Positions 33,098-43,011 of a DNA stretch of 64,000 nt are shown piece by piece. The stretch's first letter is position 1. The number at the start of each line of letters is the position of its first letter. The notes beneath the pieces are model-generated. The model searched no databases, was not told where the DNA came from, and saw nothing but the letters and a program-made list of their open reading frames with translations. The stretch is from the NCBI GenBank assembly GCA_051971635.1, contig JBFPLN010000001.1, positions 128,001 through 192,000 on the forward strand. Reading direction: 5' to 3'. The position numbers and the translations under genes were made by a program. This DNA comes from Candidatus Atelocyanobacterium thalassae (lineage in GTDB: Bacteria > Cyanobacteriota > Cyanobacteriia > Cyanobacteriales > Microcystaceae).

Positions 33098-33265
33098 TAC
33101 TGTTCATCTCTATTTTCTTATTTAGTTATGTTTTAAATTTATAATTGTGTCTGATATAAATGAATGTTTAACTATAATTTTGATTAAATAATAAAGTCTT
33201 AACTATCAAAATTATTGATTACTTTTCTAATATACTAGCTTTTACTTATCATTTTTAATAATGGC

Positions 33266-33826
33266 TTAAATATTTTTTCTTAGTTTTTCTAATTCATTAT
33301 CTAGTTCCCAACGTTGGAAATCATTTTCTAAAGAATCAGAAGCTTTTTTAAAGTTATTTTCTTTAATGTTTTGCTTTTCATCAGTGAAATAGTCAGGGTT
33401 TGCTTCATCAGCTTTAAATTCTATTTTCTTAGCTTTAATTTCTTGCCTTCTCTTCGTAATTTGACTTAGCAAAGTTTTACTTTGAAGAATCTTTTGTTTT
33501 GCCTTTTCCATTTTTTCCCACAGTTGGGTTCCCTGTTGTACTAATAATAATTCTCTTTCTTGAGAAGCTTTTGATAAATCCAAACGTTTTGCCAATTTTG
33601 CTTTCAAGGTTCTACGGTGCCATACTTTAACTTCTTCGGCTAGAGATATGATCTTATTTTCAAGATTTTTTTTCTCTTCTTGGTTTTCTGTAATTAACTT
33701 AAGAGTTTGTTCTTCTTGTTCTCTTAATTGTTCAGAAAGATACTGTAATTCTAAATTAGGATTACTTTGAAGAAATTCTTCTAGACGTGTCTCTAAAAAC
33801 TTTCCTAAGTCACTTAATAAATTCAT
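33266..33826 (-). CDS. TIGR04376-type coiled-coil protein (PspA/Vipp-related)
   Basis: FLETRLEEFL..NP.LEL N-terminus, coiled coil, FQRWE.D.ELE C-terminus. Confidence 0.72.
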   Translation of the reverse strand: MNLLSDLGKFLETRLEEFLQSNPNLELQYLSEQLREQEEQTLKLITENQEEKKNLENKIISLAEEVKVWHRRTLKAKLAKRLDLSKASQERELLLVQQGTQLWEKMEKAKQKILQSKTLLSQITKRRQEIKAKKIEFKADEANPDYFTDEKQNIKENNFKKASDSLENDFQRWELDNELEKLRKNI

Positions 33827-33917
33827 ATGACATCTTTAAATATATTCAGACTGTTTAATTCTAGCAAAATGAAGATAAAAATTTTACGAGAATATAATTT
33901 TAATAGGATATTAAACT

Positions 33918-33951
33918 ATTATATATATTGCAACAAAGCAATATATATAAT
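33918..33951. repeat. Perfect 14-bp inverted repeat
   Basis: attatatatattgc / aacaaa / gcaatatatataat. Confidence 0.75.
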
Positions 33952-34226
33952 CTTTGCAAAACTACTTTAAACTAATAAACTATTGAAGATTCTTGCAAAG
34001 ATAAGTTGAAGTATATTTACTACTAAAATTTAATTAAAAATCAGATATTAAATTAATAAAAAAATTAATGACTAAAAGTTACTCTTTTTATCAAGAGTCT
34101 AAACGACTTTACAGTATCTAAATATTAATTAATGTCAAGTCAGTCTATAATTTTTCTATTTTTGAAGTATCATTTTTTATAGTAAATAATTTTAAAAATT
34201 ATTCACATCACTAGACTATTTTTTTT

Positions 34227-34502
34227 ATGACTGTAAAAATATTAATTCCTACTTCTCTCCAGAAATATACAAATGATCAGGCTGCTCTGGAGTATGATGT
34301 TGATACGATTGATACTCTAATAAGCGTTATTGCGAGAAACTTTCCTAAAATAAAGAGTCATTTAATCGATGATAATAATAACCTTTATCGATTTCTAAAT
34401 TTTTATGTAAATAATGAAGACATACGATTTCTTGATAATAGACAAACTAAGTTAAAAGATGGAGATGAAGTCAGTATCATTTCAGCAATTGCTGGAGGTT
34501 GA
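34227..34502 (+). CDS. MoaD/ThiS family sulfur carrier protein
   Basis: IPT.LQ, YVNNEDIRFL, DGDEVSII.AIAGG with C-terminal GG. Confidence 0.9.
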   Translation: MTVKILIPTSLQKYTNDQAALEYDVDTIDTLISVIARNFPKIKSHLIDDNNNLYRFLNFYVNNEDIRFLDNRQTKLKDGDEVSIISAIAGG

Positions 34503-34791
34503 AGATTAAAATTTATATGCGAATGATTATGGTCATATTTGGGCATAGAATGTACGTATTAAAACTACTATATTTAAATTTTAGGACAATCTATGAGTGC
34601 TAACACATGGTTGTTCTTCTTAATTATTAGACCTTTACGCATTCTCAATAATATTTTGTAAAATAAGGAAACTATCTCTAATAAAAAAACCTTAAACTTG
34701 CATTTTTTTTAAAAAGTCTTATTTATAATGTTAGCAAACAAATAGGCTGAATCAATATAAAAAATAAAAACTATTATTAAATTATTTATAA

Positions 34792-34839
34792 ATATCAGTA
34801 GAGACACATTATAGATTTACGATGTGTCTCTACTGATAT
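34792..34839. repeat. Perfect 18-bp inverted repeat upstream of recN
   Basis: atatcagtagagacacat / 12 nt / atgtgtctctactgatat. Confidence 0.85.
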
Positions 34840-34944
34840 GAGAACTTAATATGAGAAAATGAGTTTTAATCTATTTTAAAACTTTATATAATTGATATAG
34901 TTTTAATTATCTTTTAAACTTTATAATTTAATATAATCTTATCC

Positions 34945-36705
34945 ATGCTTTCCCTACTACACATTGAAAACTTTGCCTTAATTGATAACTTAACTGTTAA
35001 TTTTAGTAATGGTTTAAATGTCTTAACAGGAGAAACTGGTACTGGAAAATCTATAATCTTAGATGCAATTGATATTGTTTTAGGTGGAAAAACAAATCAG
35101 CGTTTAATTCGAATAAAAACACAGCATGTTTTTATAGAGGCAACATTTCAAGCTAACTTTTTTATTTCAGAATTATTACAAGAAAGCAAGATTAATTCTC
35201 GACAAGATAAAAAAATAGTATTTTCTAGAGAATTTTCTCTATCCGGAAAAACTGTTAGATCACGTTTCCGTATTAATGGAATTTTAGTTAAATTACAGTT
35301 AATTAAGCAATTACGTAATTTTCTAATAGAGATAACTGCTCAAGACAGATTTTCACTACTAACAGATTCTATTAAACAGAGAGAGTTATTAGACTCATAT
35401 GGATATAAATTTATATTTAAAAAAAAGGAATTGGTAAAATCTAACTATGAAAATGTTCAAAATCTGGAAAGAAATCTTAATAAATATAAAGACTCTCGAA
35501 TAGAATATTTGAAACGTTTAACCTTATTAAGAAATCAATTCAAAGAACTACAAGAAATTAAGTTATCTGATAAAGACGAGTTAGAAATCTTACAAAAAGA
35601 ATATGATCGCCTTTCCCATTCTGTAGAACTACAAAGTTTTAGCTATCAAATTTTTGAGTTGCTTTATCAAAATGAAAACGAAATACCTGCAGTTATAGAT
35701 TGTTTGGGTACGATAGAAGCTTTATTCCTTAAAATGATGGAATATGATGATAGTGTTCAATCATTAGTAGAAATGCTAAGGTCTGTATCGACTCAAGTTA
35801 TCGAAATAGGACAAGAAATTAATAGGTATGGATATAATTTAGATACTGAACCTCAAAGACTAAAAGAATTAGAAAACAGAATTTATCTCATTAGGCAATT
35901 TTGCCGAAAATATAATATAAACTCTGACGATTTAATTGATTACCATAAAAAAATAATATTAGAATTAAGCGATTTGGAGGACTATGACAAGTCCATAGAA
36001 AATTTAGAAAAAGAACTTTTTACTTCTAGAAAGCAGTTATTAGATAGTTGTCAAAAATTAACTACGCTACGCAAAAAAGCTGCAAAAGAATTAGAGAAGA
36101 AACTAATTGAAGAGCTGAAATCTTTATCAATGGGAAAAATAATTTTTAATTGTAAAATAAGTCCCTCTTCTATTAGTACTCATGGAAATAATAAAGTCGA
36201 TTTCTACTTTAGTCCTAATGAAGGAGAAAAGATGCAACTTTTATCTCGTACTGCATCAGGTGGAGAAATGAGTCGCTTTTTGCTAGCATTAAAGGCTTGT
36301 TTTATTAAATCTGAACAATGTACAAGATCATTAATATTTGATGAAATAGATGCTGGCATTTCTGGAAGGATAGTACAAGTAATTGCTGAAAAACTTCATA
36401 ACTTAAGTACTTATCATCAGGTTTTATGTGTTACTCATCAGCCAATGGTTGCAGCCATGGCTACAAGTCATTTTCATGTAGAAAAACATGTTATTGAAGA
36501 AGAATTGATAATTGAAAACCAAAACAATAAAATATCAAAAGTATTAGAATCTAGAACGGTTGTAAGAGTTAAAAAGTTGGATAGTGTTAAAGATAGGAAA
36601 CAAGAATTAGCTAAATTAACAGGAGGTAATTCTTCAGAAAATGCAATGAACTTTGTTGAATCATTGCTAATTCGAGCTGATTCTTATCGTTCAAATAAAC
36701 AATAA
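34945..36705 (+). CDS. recN: DNA repair protein RecN
   Basis: LTGETGTGKS, ASGGEMSR, IFDEIDAGISG, VTHQP motifs. Confidence 0.95.
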   Translation: MLSLLHIENFALIDNLTVNFSNGLNVLTGETGTGKSIILDAIDIVLGGKTNQRLIRIKTQHVFIEATFQANFFISELLQESKINSRQDKKIVFSREFSLSGKTVRSRFRINGILVKLQLIKQLRNFLIEITAQDRFSLLTDSIKQRELLDSYGYKFIFKKKELVKSNYENVQNLERNLNKYKDSRIEYLKRLTLLRNQFKELQEIKLSDKDELEILQKEYDRLSHSVELQSFSYQIFELLYQNENEIPAVIDCLGTIEALFLKMMEYDDSVQSLVEMLRSVSTQVIEIGQEINRYGYNLDTEPQRLKELENRIYLIRQFCRKYNINSDDLIDYHKKIILELSDLEDYDKSIENLEKELFTSRKQLLDSCQKLTTLRKKAAKELEKKLIEELKSLSMGKIIFNCKISPSSISTHGNNKVDFYFSPNEGEKMQLLSRTASGGEMSRFLLALKACFIKSEQCTRSLIFDEIDAGISGRIVQVIAEKLHNLSTYHQVLCVTHQPMVAAMATSHFHVEKHVIEEELIIENQNNKISKVLESRTVVRVKKLDSVKDRKQELAKLTGGNSSENAMNFVESLLIRADSYRSNKQ

Positions 36706-36824
36706 ATCCTAATTGATTTGTAGTGTTTTAACTAAAAGAGATTATCATAACTATATTTGCATAAATTATTTTTGACATATTTTTACTATAACCATACGAA
36801 ACTATACACTAAGCTGTAAATAAA

Positions 36825-37955
36825 ATGATTGATGAAAATGTAGAATGTTCTGATCATCCTCTAGCAGAATATATTAATCGTTTAGAAAATAATGATACTC
36901 TCCTTACTGATTCACCACAGAATGTTATTGAAGTTGTGGGAATATTAAAAAGTTACGGAATTATTTTAGACTCGTATTCTCAAAATTTAAACTATATAGC
37001 AAGTCATCAGGTTTTAATCTTTTTTCCACTTTTTAAATACTTTAATGGAAAAATATCTTTTAAGAAAATATTAAGACATTTAAAGCATCAGCGTATCAAC
37101 TATGAATATGCAGAATACTGTGTAAGAACTATGATGTGGCATGGCGGTGGAGGTTTAGATATTTATCTAGATAGTGAAGAATTTATAGAAAATGTGAATA
37201 ATTTAATTTCAACTAAATTCAAATATAATTTATTGATTAAGATACTCCATAAAATCTTTCCTGAATTTTTTATAGAACAAATGAGAATGATGGTCTACTA
37301 CAAATGTTTAGGTGAATTTTGGAAAGAGATGTCTCATATTTTTTCATGTCTTTCTGATAACTATGATCGGTATGAAATCCAATCTATTCCTGACATTGTT
37401 GAACATATTCTAGATAATCTTAAAGAAAAAGCACATCAATCTATTTGTTATGAAGTTGAAATAAAAAACCAGAAATTTACAATCATACCAAAGCTAGCAA
37501 ATCTGAAGTTATTCCAAGATGTTGTTATTCCTTATGCAGAATCTATTTTCTTCAGAGGAACACCATTTCCAGGCACTGTTTCTTATAATGCTCAAGCGTA
37601 TCAAATTCCTTCAGAAAAATCTTCTTTTACATACGGAATATTATATGCAGATCCCCTTCCTACAGGTGGAGCAGGCATACCTCCAACTTTATTAATGAAA
37701 GATATTAGTCGCCATATACCTGACTATCTTCATAGTGTTTATTCTCAAACTATTCGTCAAGAGGATGTTCTGTTGGTACAAATCTGTAAAAGTTTTCAAA
37801 AATCTATGTTTTGTGTAACAACAGCTGCAATTAAAGGCCTAGCACCGTATTCGCTAAGTACCACTAATATTGAACAAAAAAAGCAAAATAGAATCTTTTT
37901 AAAGAAATGGATGAATCGCTTTCAGTATTCACAGATTTCAATTATTAATGATTAA
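36825..37955 (+). CDS. cupB: CO2 hydration protein, CupB/ChpX type
   Basis: HPLAEYI.RLE, RINYEYAEYC..MMWHGGGG, SYNAQA.QIP, YADPLP.GGAGIPPTLLM; 376 aa fits CupB better than CupA. Confidence 0.88.
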   Translation: MIDENVECSDHPLAEYINRLENNDTLLTDSPQNVIEVVGILKSYGIILDSYSQNLNYIASHQVLIFFPLFKYFNGKISFKKILRHLKHQRINYEYAEYCVRTMMWHGGGGLDIYLDSEEFIENVNNLISTKFKYNLLIKILHKIFPEFFIEQMRMMVYYKCLGEFWKEMSHIFSCLSDNYDRYEIQSIPDIVEHILDNLKEKAHQSICYEVEIKNQKFTIIPKLANLKLFQDVVIPYAESIFFRGTPFPGTVSYNAQAYQIPSEKSSFTYGILYADPLPTGGAGIPPTLLMKDISRHIPDYLHSVYSQTIRQEDVLLVQICKSFQKSMFCVTTAAIKGLAPYSLSTTNIEQKKQNRIFLKKWMNRFQYSQISIIND

Positions 37956-38101
37956 CAAAATAATTATTTTATATATTTCACCGAAAAATAGATATTTCAA
38001 AAGTAATAATTTAGTCTACAGTAAAGATAATTAAAATTAAGGCTTTATTATTTGAAGCAAAACATTTAATATAGAAGGTGAGGTCATTAACACTTTTTAC
38101 C

Positions 38102-38356
38102 ATGAATATTGCAGATATTATTACCACACTTTCTTGGGATACACTCTTAGCAGCATTAACTTATTTAGCCTTAGGTATTTCATATCTCTTATTAGTACCA
38201 GGTTTAATGTATATCTATCTTAAAAGTCGTTGGTATGTAGCGAGTTCCATTGAAAGAACTTTTATGTATTCTTTAGTATTTTTCTTTTTCCCAGGAATGC
38301 TTCTTTTAAGTCCTTTCTTGAATTTCCGTCCAAAGCGTCGTCAATTAAATGTATAA
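38102..38356 (+). CDS. ndhL: NDH-1 subunit L
   Basis: [35 protein letters not shown]; alternative GTG start at 38078. Confidence 0.93.
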   Translation: MNIADIITTLSWDTLLAALTYLALGISYLLLVPGLMYIYLKSRWYVASSIERTFMYSLVFFFFPGMLLLSPFLNFRPKRRQLNV

Positions 38357-38386
38357 GTTCAAGAATACATATATTTCTAAATTATT

Positions 38387-38683
38387 ATGAGACGAATTGA
38401 TGTAATTTTTATTAGCCTACTTTCTTTTGCTGGAGGAGGATTCATTTATCTCGCGTTTAGATTAATTGGTTTTGATAACTTATCGGCTGGGATATGGAGT
38501 CAAATGCTCTTAGTATTAGGTTTAGTAGGTTGGACCTCGACTTATCTGTTTAGGGTTGCTAATAAGAAAATGACCTATAATCAGCAATTAAAAAACTATG
38601 AAGATGCTGTACTTCAAAAATATATTGAAGAAATGACTCCTGAAGAGCTTGAAGAATTAGAGAGAGAAATTGAGAATGAGTGA
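38387..38683 (+). CDS. DUF3007 family protein
   Basis: MRRIDVI, AGIWSQ, YLFRV..K.MTY.QQ...YE; conserved neighbour of ndhL. Confidence 0.88.
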   Translation: MRRIDVIFISLLSFAGGGFIYLAFRLIGFDNLSAGIWSQMLLVLGLVGWTSTYLFRVANKKMTYNQQLKNYEDAVLQKYIEEMTPEELEELEREIENE

Positions 38684-38719
38684 AAATTTTGTGTAAAATC
38701 TTAATAGTTACAAAGTTTA

Positions 38720-39300
38720 AATTCTTTTTAACAAGAAAGACCACAATATTACACGAAAGCTATAAATTTATATTGTTAATTAATAAAAATATAAATTTAT
38801 TATTAATAATATTATTCTCATACCAAAAAAATTTCAAATCTTAGAATATATAAGTCTAAACTACAGTCTTCTCTTCTTGAAAAATTAAGTTTGAGAACAT
38901 TTTAAAAATAGTAGAGACATATCTTTTAGTTGTATTGAAATGAAAATTGTTTACAATGATATGATTCTATTATTTCTATAATTAATTATTTATAAGCAAA
39001 AATATTTTTCTATAATACTCTTAATCTATGAAAACCATTTCCTACAAGGGGATTAACATGTTTTTAAAGTTTAAAGTTGTCAATTCCTAAAATATTTTAA
39101 GATAATATCAACTAGAATAACTAAAGTTTTTATTCTTAAAATATATTTACATAGCTCATTTAAAATACTATATTTTATATGTACAAATTAATTATTTATA
39201 AAGATTATTAGACTAATTGTGATATTGACTATCATCAGTTTCACAATATATGTTTTAAATTTATCTATAATGTTATCTAGTTAATTAGATATTAATTAGT
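38720..39300 (+). pseudogene. trpA: Eroded remnant of trpA (tryptophan synthase alpha)
   Basis: At 39012, IILLIYEN-(frameshift)-ISYKGINMFLK matches the recalled TrpA IILFTYYNPI.YRG...FL at the expected distance; ndhL-DUF3007-trpA synteny. Confidence 0.55.
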
Positions 39301-39371
39301 GAAGAAATTATAATTTAATAAACAACTATTTTTCTCTTAAAACGAAATACATAATAATATTTTAGGAATCA

Positions 39372-40310
39372 ATGGATTACAAAGACTACTACAAAATTCT
39401 TGACATCAATAAAAATGCAAACGAAAACGAAATTAAAAAAGCTTTCCGTAAACTTGCTGTAAAATACCATCCTGATAGAAATCCTGGTAACAAAAAGGCT
39501 GAAGAATATTTTAAAAAAATTAGTGAAGCTTATGAGGTATTATCTGATTCTGAACAGCGAAAACAATATGATAAATTAAAAGAACCTTATAAGAACTCAA
39601 GCCATTCTTATGGTCAAAGTAATATCAAAAAAAATCAAGAGCATGCTAAAACAAATAGTCTTGATTTAAGTAAATATAGTAGTTTTGAAGATTTTATAAG
39701 TGATTTATTTGGTTATACTTCAACTAATAAAGCAACTAAAACTAAAGCTAATAATCAACCTTCAAATGAAGTTAACGATGAAACTATCCCATTTGAACAA
39801 GAAACGACGTTACATCTCACATATTCAGAAGGATTTTACGGAACACAAAAACGACTTAATTTAGGTAATAAGATTATCAATGTTCGTATTCCTTCAGGTG
39901 CTAAAACTGGCAGCCGTATTAAAATTAGACAGAATAATGATAAACATGAACAAGATTTTTATCTTAATATTCAGTTAACTCCTCATTCTTTCTTTAGTTT
40001 TGAAGCGGACAGCCTCGTTTGTGAAATACCTATTACTTTTGATGAAGCTATATTAGGTACGACTATAGATGTACCTACACCAGATGGTTTGGTAGCTGTC
40101 AAGGTTCCCTCTGGTATACGAAGTGGTACATGCCTAAGACTTCGAGGAAAAGGCTGGATTCACCCTAAAAACAATAGAGGAGATCAATTGGTAAAAATAA
40201 CAATTGATACTCCTCAGAATGTTAATAGTATAGAGAAAGAATACTATAAAAAAATATTTGATAACAGAAATTATAATCCTAGATCTAATATAAAGGATAT
40301 TAAATTGTAA
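39372..40310 (+). CDS. DnaJ-class (CbpA-like) co-chaperone without Zn finger
   Basis: J domain with HPD (KYHPDRNP), C-terminal DnaJ_C (LRLRGKG, RGDQLV). Confidence 0.9.
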   Translation: MDYKDYYKILDINKNANENEIKKAFRKLAVKYHPDRNPGNKKAEEYFKKISEAYEVLSDSEQRKQYDKLKEPYKNSSHSYGQSNIKKNQEHAKTNSLDLSKYSSFEDFISDLFGYTSTNKATKTKANNQPSNEVNDETIPFEQETTLHLTYSEGFYGTQKRLNLGNKIINVRIPSGAKTGSRIKIRQNNDKHEQDFYLNIQLTPHSFFSFEADSLVCEIPITFDEAILGTTIDVPTPDGLVAVKVPSGIRSGTCLRLRGKGWIHPKNNRGDQLVKITIDTPQNVNSIEKEYYKKIFDNRNYNPRSNIKDIKL

Positions 40311-40433
40311 GTATTGCTAAGATAGATTCCTCTGAACTATTCAATTTTATTTAGCTAGTTCTAAAAAGTATATTAGATATTTGCCTAGGAAAAATCTTTA
40401 AGAACTAGTAAATACTCAGTCATTCCTTCTTTA

Positions 40434-40507
<74 letters not shown>

Positions 40508-40564
40508 TTGCTTTGCATAAACAATCATAACACTAAGTTATCAAAATAGCAACTTTTTTTTTAA

Positions 40565-41518
40565 TTAAACCATGGTTAATTCTCCAATCACCTCCAAACG
40601 TTTATGTTTGGTTAAAATAGTGAATGTTTCTGATAAAATTTCAGCTACAGCTGGACTGATCCATCCCATTTGTCGTAATAAATGAATAGCGACTGTATAT
40701 TTAGCCCTTTTAGATCCATCAAGAGCTTTGATAGCTAATCCCATACCTTGTCCTACTTGCCCAACGCATTGAATACCTTCCGCACCTGTTTTACTAACTA
40801 ATTGTCCTTCTGTTAAATGCATTAGCTCTGTATCAAAACTTCCAGATCCAGCTATCATCGCAGGGTAATAGGTCATAGCCCTAAGAATCCGTTCTAAATC
40901 AAGATGATTACCTGAGGCCAACTGAGCATACAAATGAGCCATTTGTGATAGTTTCATAGAATAAGTTGGAACTCCACAGTCATCATGAGCACCAATTAAT
41001 TCTTCTCCCGGTATTTTTAAAAGTTCTCCAATTTTTTTTAAGATCAACTGTTGTATGGGAGATGCTCTTTTTAAATAAGTATTAAGTGACCAATCTCTTC
41101 GCTTGCAGACAGCTAACATTGCTGCATGTTTTCCTGAACAGTTATGGTATAAAGAGCTATTATACCCTTCAGGTATTGGACATTGTAGGGAGTTTGGATC
41201 AATATCTGTCTGCCATAAAATGTTAAAGACTTGTCGCACTTGTTCTATTCTACCCTGATGAGAACTGCAGATAATAGCTAAATCTTTATCATTTAGCTGA
41301 TAGTGTTCTAGCGTCCCTGTTCTGATCACTGCCAAAGCTTGAAACGGTTGAAGTGCAGAACGAACAAAAGCTGTAGTCTCTGCATTACCAGCAACTAATA
41401 GAGTACGTCCACGGTCATCACAAACGGTGGCTTCTACAAGGTGAGTAGATTCAATTATTCCTTCTCGAAGTAAATTAACTTCTACTTTGGGCGCTGAATA
41501 TCTTTTTGCTCTAGTCAT
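40565..41518 (-). CDS. L-asparaginase II (Rhizobium etli type) family protein
   Basis: RSALQPFQ, CSSH, HNCSGKH, DDCG, SKTGAEG motifs. Confidence 0.88.
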   Translation of the reverse strand: MTRAKRYSAPKVEVNLLREGIIESTHLVEATVCDDRGRTLLVAGNAETTAFVRSALQPFQALAVIRTGTLEHYQLNDKDLAIICSSHQGRIEQVRQVFNILWQTDIDPNSLQCPIPEGYNSSLYHNCSGKHAAMLAVCKRRDWSLNTYLKRASPIQQLILKKIGELLKIPGEELIGAHDDCGVPTYSMKLSQMAHLYAQLASGNHLDLERILRAMTYYPAMIAGSGSFDTELMHLTEGQLVSKTGAEGIQCVGQVGQGMGLAIKALDGSKRAKYTVAIHLLRQMGWISPAVAEILSETFTILTKHKRLEVIGELTMV

Positions 41519-41736
41519 GAGAAATTAAATTTATGAAGCAAAGACCGTAGTATTTTTTTGAGTAATCACAGTAATTAATTGTAATTAAAGATTGTTGTAA
41601 TTTTTATTCAAGTTAAATTAATTCAGATAACTTGTATAAAGTTCATATCTTTGAAAGTCTCGATTAATTTTCTTTATGGTAAGAATGTAATATTTTTATA
41701 AGCAAGATTTTTACAGTAATTGCTTATCCAAACTAT

Positions 41737-42237
41737 TTAAAAATAAAACCATACCATAACGTGAGTAAATATCATAAAGCTTGATATTTTAATTGCACTA
41801 ACTAGTCTATCTACTATAGGGATAACTTGATAAGACATTATTAAGCGATCACGTACAATCATTTCTGGAGGTTTTATCCAAGTTTGTCCGTCATACCATC
41901 CTGATTCTTCATAAAAAATTGTCTTCTTTTTAAGGCGTCCCTTAATATGATACCAACCCGAAGTTAACTGCAATAAAATTAAAATTAGAAGGACTGCTGC
42001 CCCTAAATCGCTAGATATAATAAATGATAGTAAAAATTCATTAGGAGGAAAACTAGCTGCAGCAAGAGGACTAGAGAAAAGCCATCCAATACTCCATATA
42101 ATAATAATATTGCGTAAGAATAAACGTTTTTCAGAAGTCGCCAAACGAAAAAACCAAGATGTTTTTAGCTCCTCATACTCATTAATAGGTTGTTGTTCAG
42201 ATGGAACAGGACAAACTTTAACAAATTGTTTTCTCAT
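41737..42237 (-). CDS. ycf36: CGLD27 / Ycf36 (DUF1230) family protein
   Basis: CPVPSEQQPINEY, YEESGWYDGQTW.KP. Confidence 0.9.
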   Translation of the reverse strand: MRKQFVKVCPVPSEQQPINEYEELKTSWFFRLATSEKRLFLRNIIIIWSIGWLFSSPLAAASFPPNEFLLSFIISSDLGAAVLLILILLQLTSGWYHIKGRLKKKTIFYEESGWYDGQTWIKPPEMIVRDRLIMSYQVIPIVDRLVSAIKISSFMIFTHVMVWFYF

Positions 42238-42620
42238 GGTTCGGTGGTTCCCAATGATGAAAGTTCTAATCTTCTAGCATTGTTCCAAAAAGCTTCTAAA
42301 TTATAGAATTCTCGCTCCTCAGGTAGAAAGATATGAGTAATTACATCTCCAAAATCTTGTAAAATCCAATTACTGTTTCTTTTCCCTTCTGAGTGTTTAG
42401 GCGTTTCATTATATTCTTGATAAACTTTTTCTTCGATTGTTTGAGCTATAGCTTTTAGTTGAGTTTTCGAAAAACCAGTCACAATAACGAAATAGTCAGC
42501 TAAATAGCATATTTCTGTAACTTCTAGAATTAGAATATTACTTGCTTTCCTATCACTAGCCGCTAGTGCTATAGTTCTTGCAAGTTTTTGGTTTAGATAG
42601 ATTTTTGTGTCTTCAATCAC
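42234..42620 (-). CDS. rsfS: Ribosome silencing factor RsfS (Iojap)
   Basis: ADYFVIVTG, WILQDFGDVI.HIF...EREFYNLE.FW. Confidence 0.94.
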   Translation of the reverse strand: MIEDTKIYLNQKLARTIALAASDRKASNILILEVTEICYLADYFVIVTGFSKTQLKAIAQTIEEKVYQEYNETPKHSEGKRNSNWILQDFGDVITHIFLPEEREFYNLEAFWNNARRLELSSLGTTEP

Positions 42621-42629
42621 TGTTAAACC

Positions 42630-42900
42630 ATTAAATAGTTTTTGATAAAGTTATTAAAACTAATTATTTATTACCCGTAAACTATATTGTACAGATCTTT
42701 GTGAAAAATAACTAATTCAATATAAGTTAATTTTATATTAATGATGTAAAGCTTTCTGCAATAAAATTAAATACAATTCATATTTATCAACAACATATAT
42801 GTAATTTTTTATTACGTATTTATAATCGAATCAATATTGATTATTATTCATAATTCTTAAAAATATACAAACAATAGTCTTTATAACAGTTCTTTAATAC
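42630..42900 (-). pseudogene. yqeK: Possible remnant of yqeK (HD-domain Ap4A hydrolase)
   Basis: Fragments NCI.FIAESF and ELVIFHKDLYNIV resemble the recalled SCIVFLADSLEP and EL.....NLYKAV; yqeK-rsfS synteny. Confidence 0.35.
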
Positions 42901-43011
42901 TTTATAGAGCAGCGCCATTCTTCTACACTGACGACAAGTATTTTAGTTAAATAATTGGTTGCTAGGAAAATTTGCGATTCATAAACAATTTGGACTATAA
43001 AACTCTTGATT

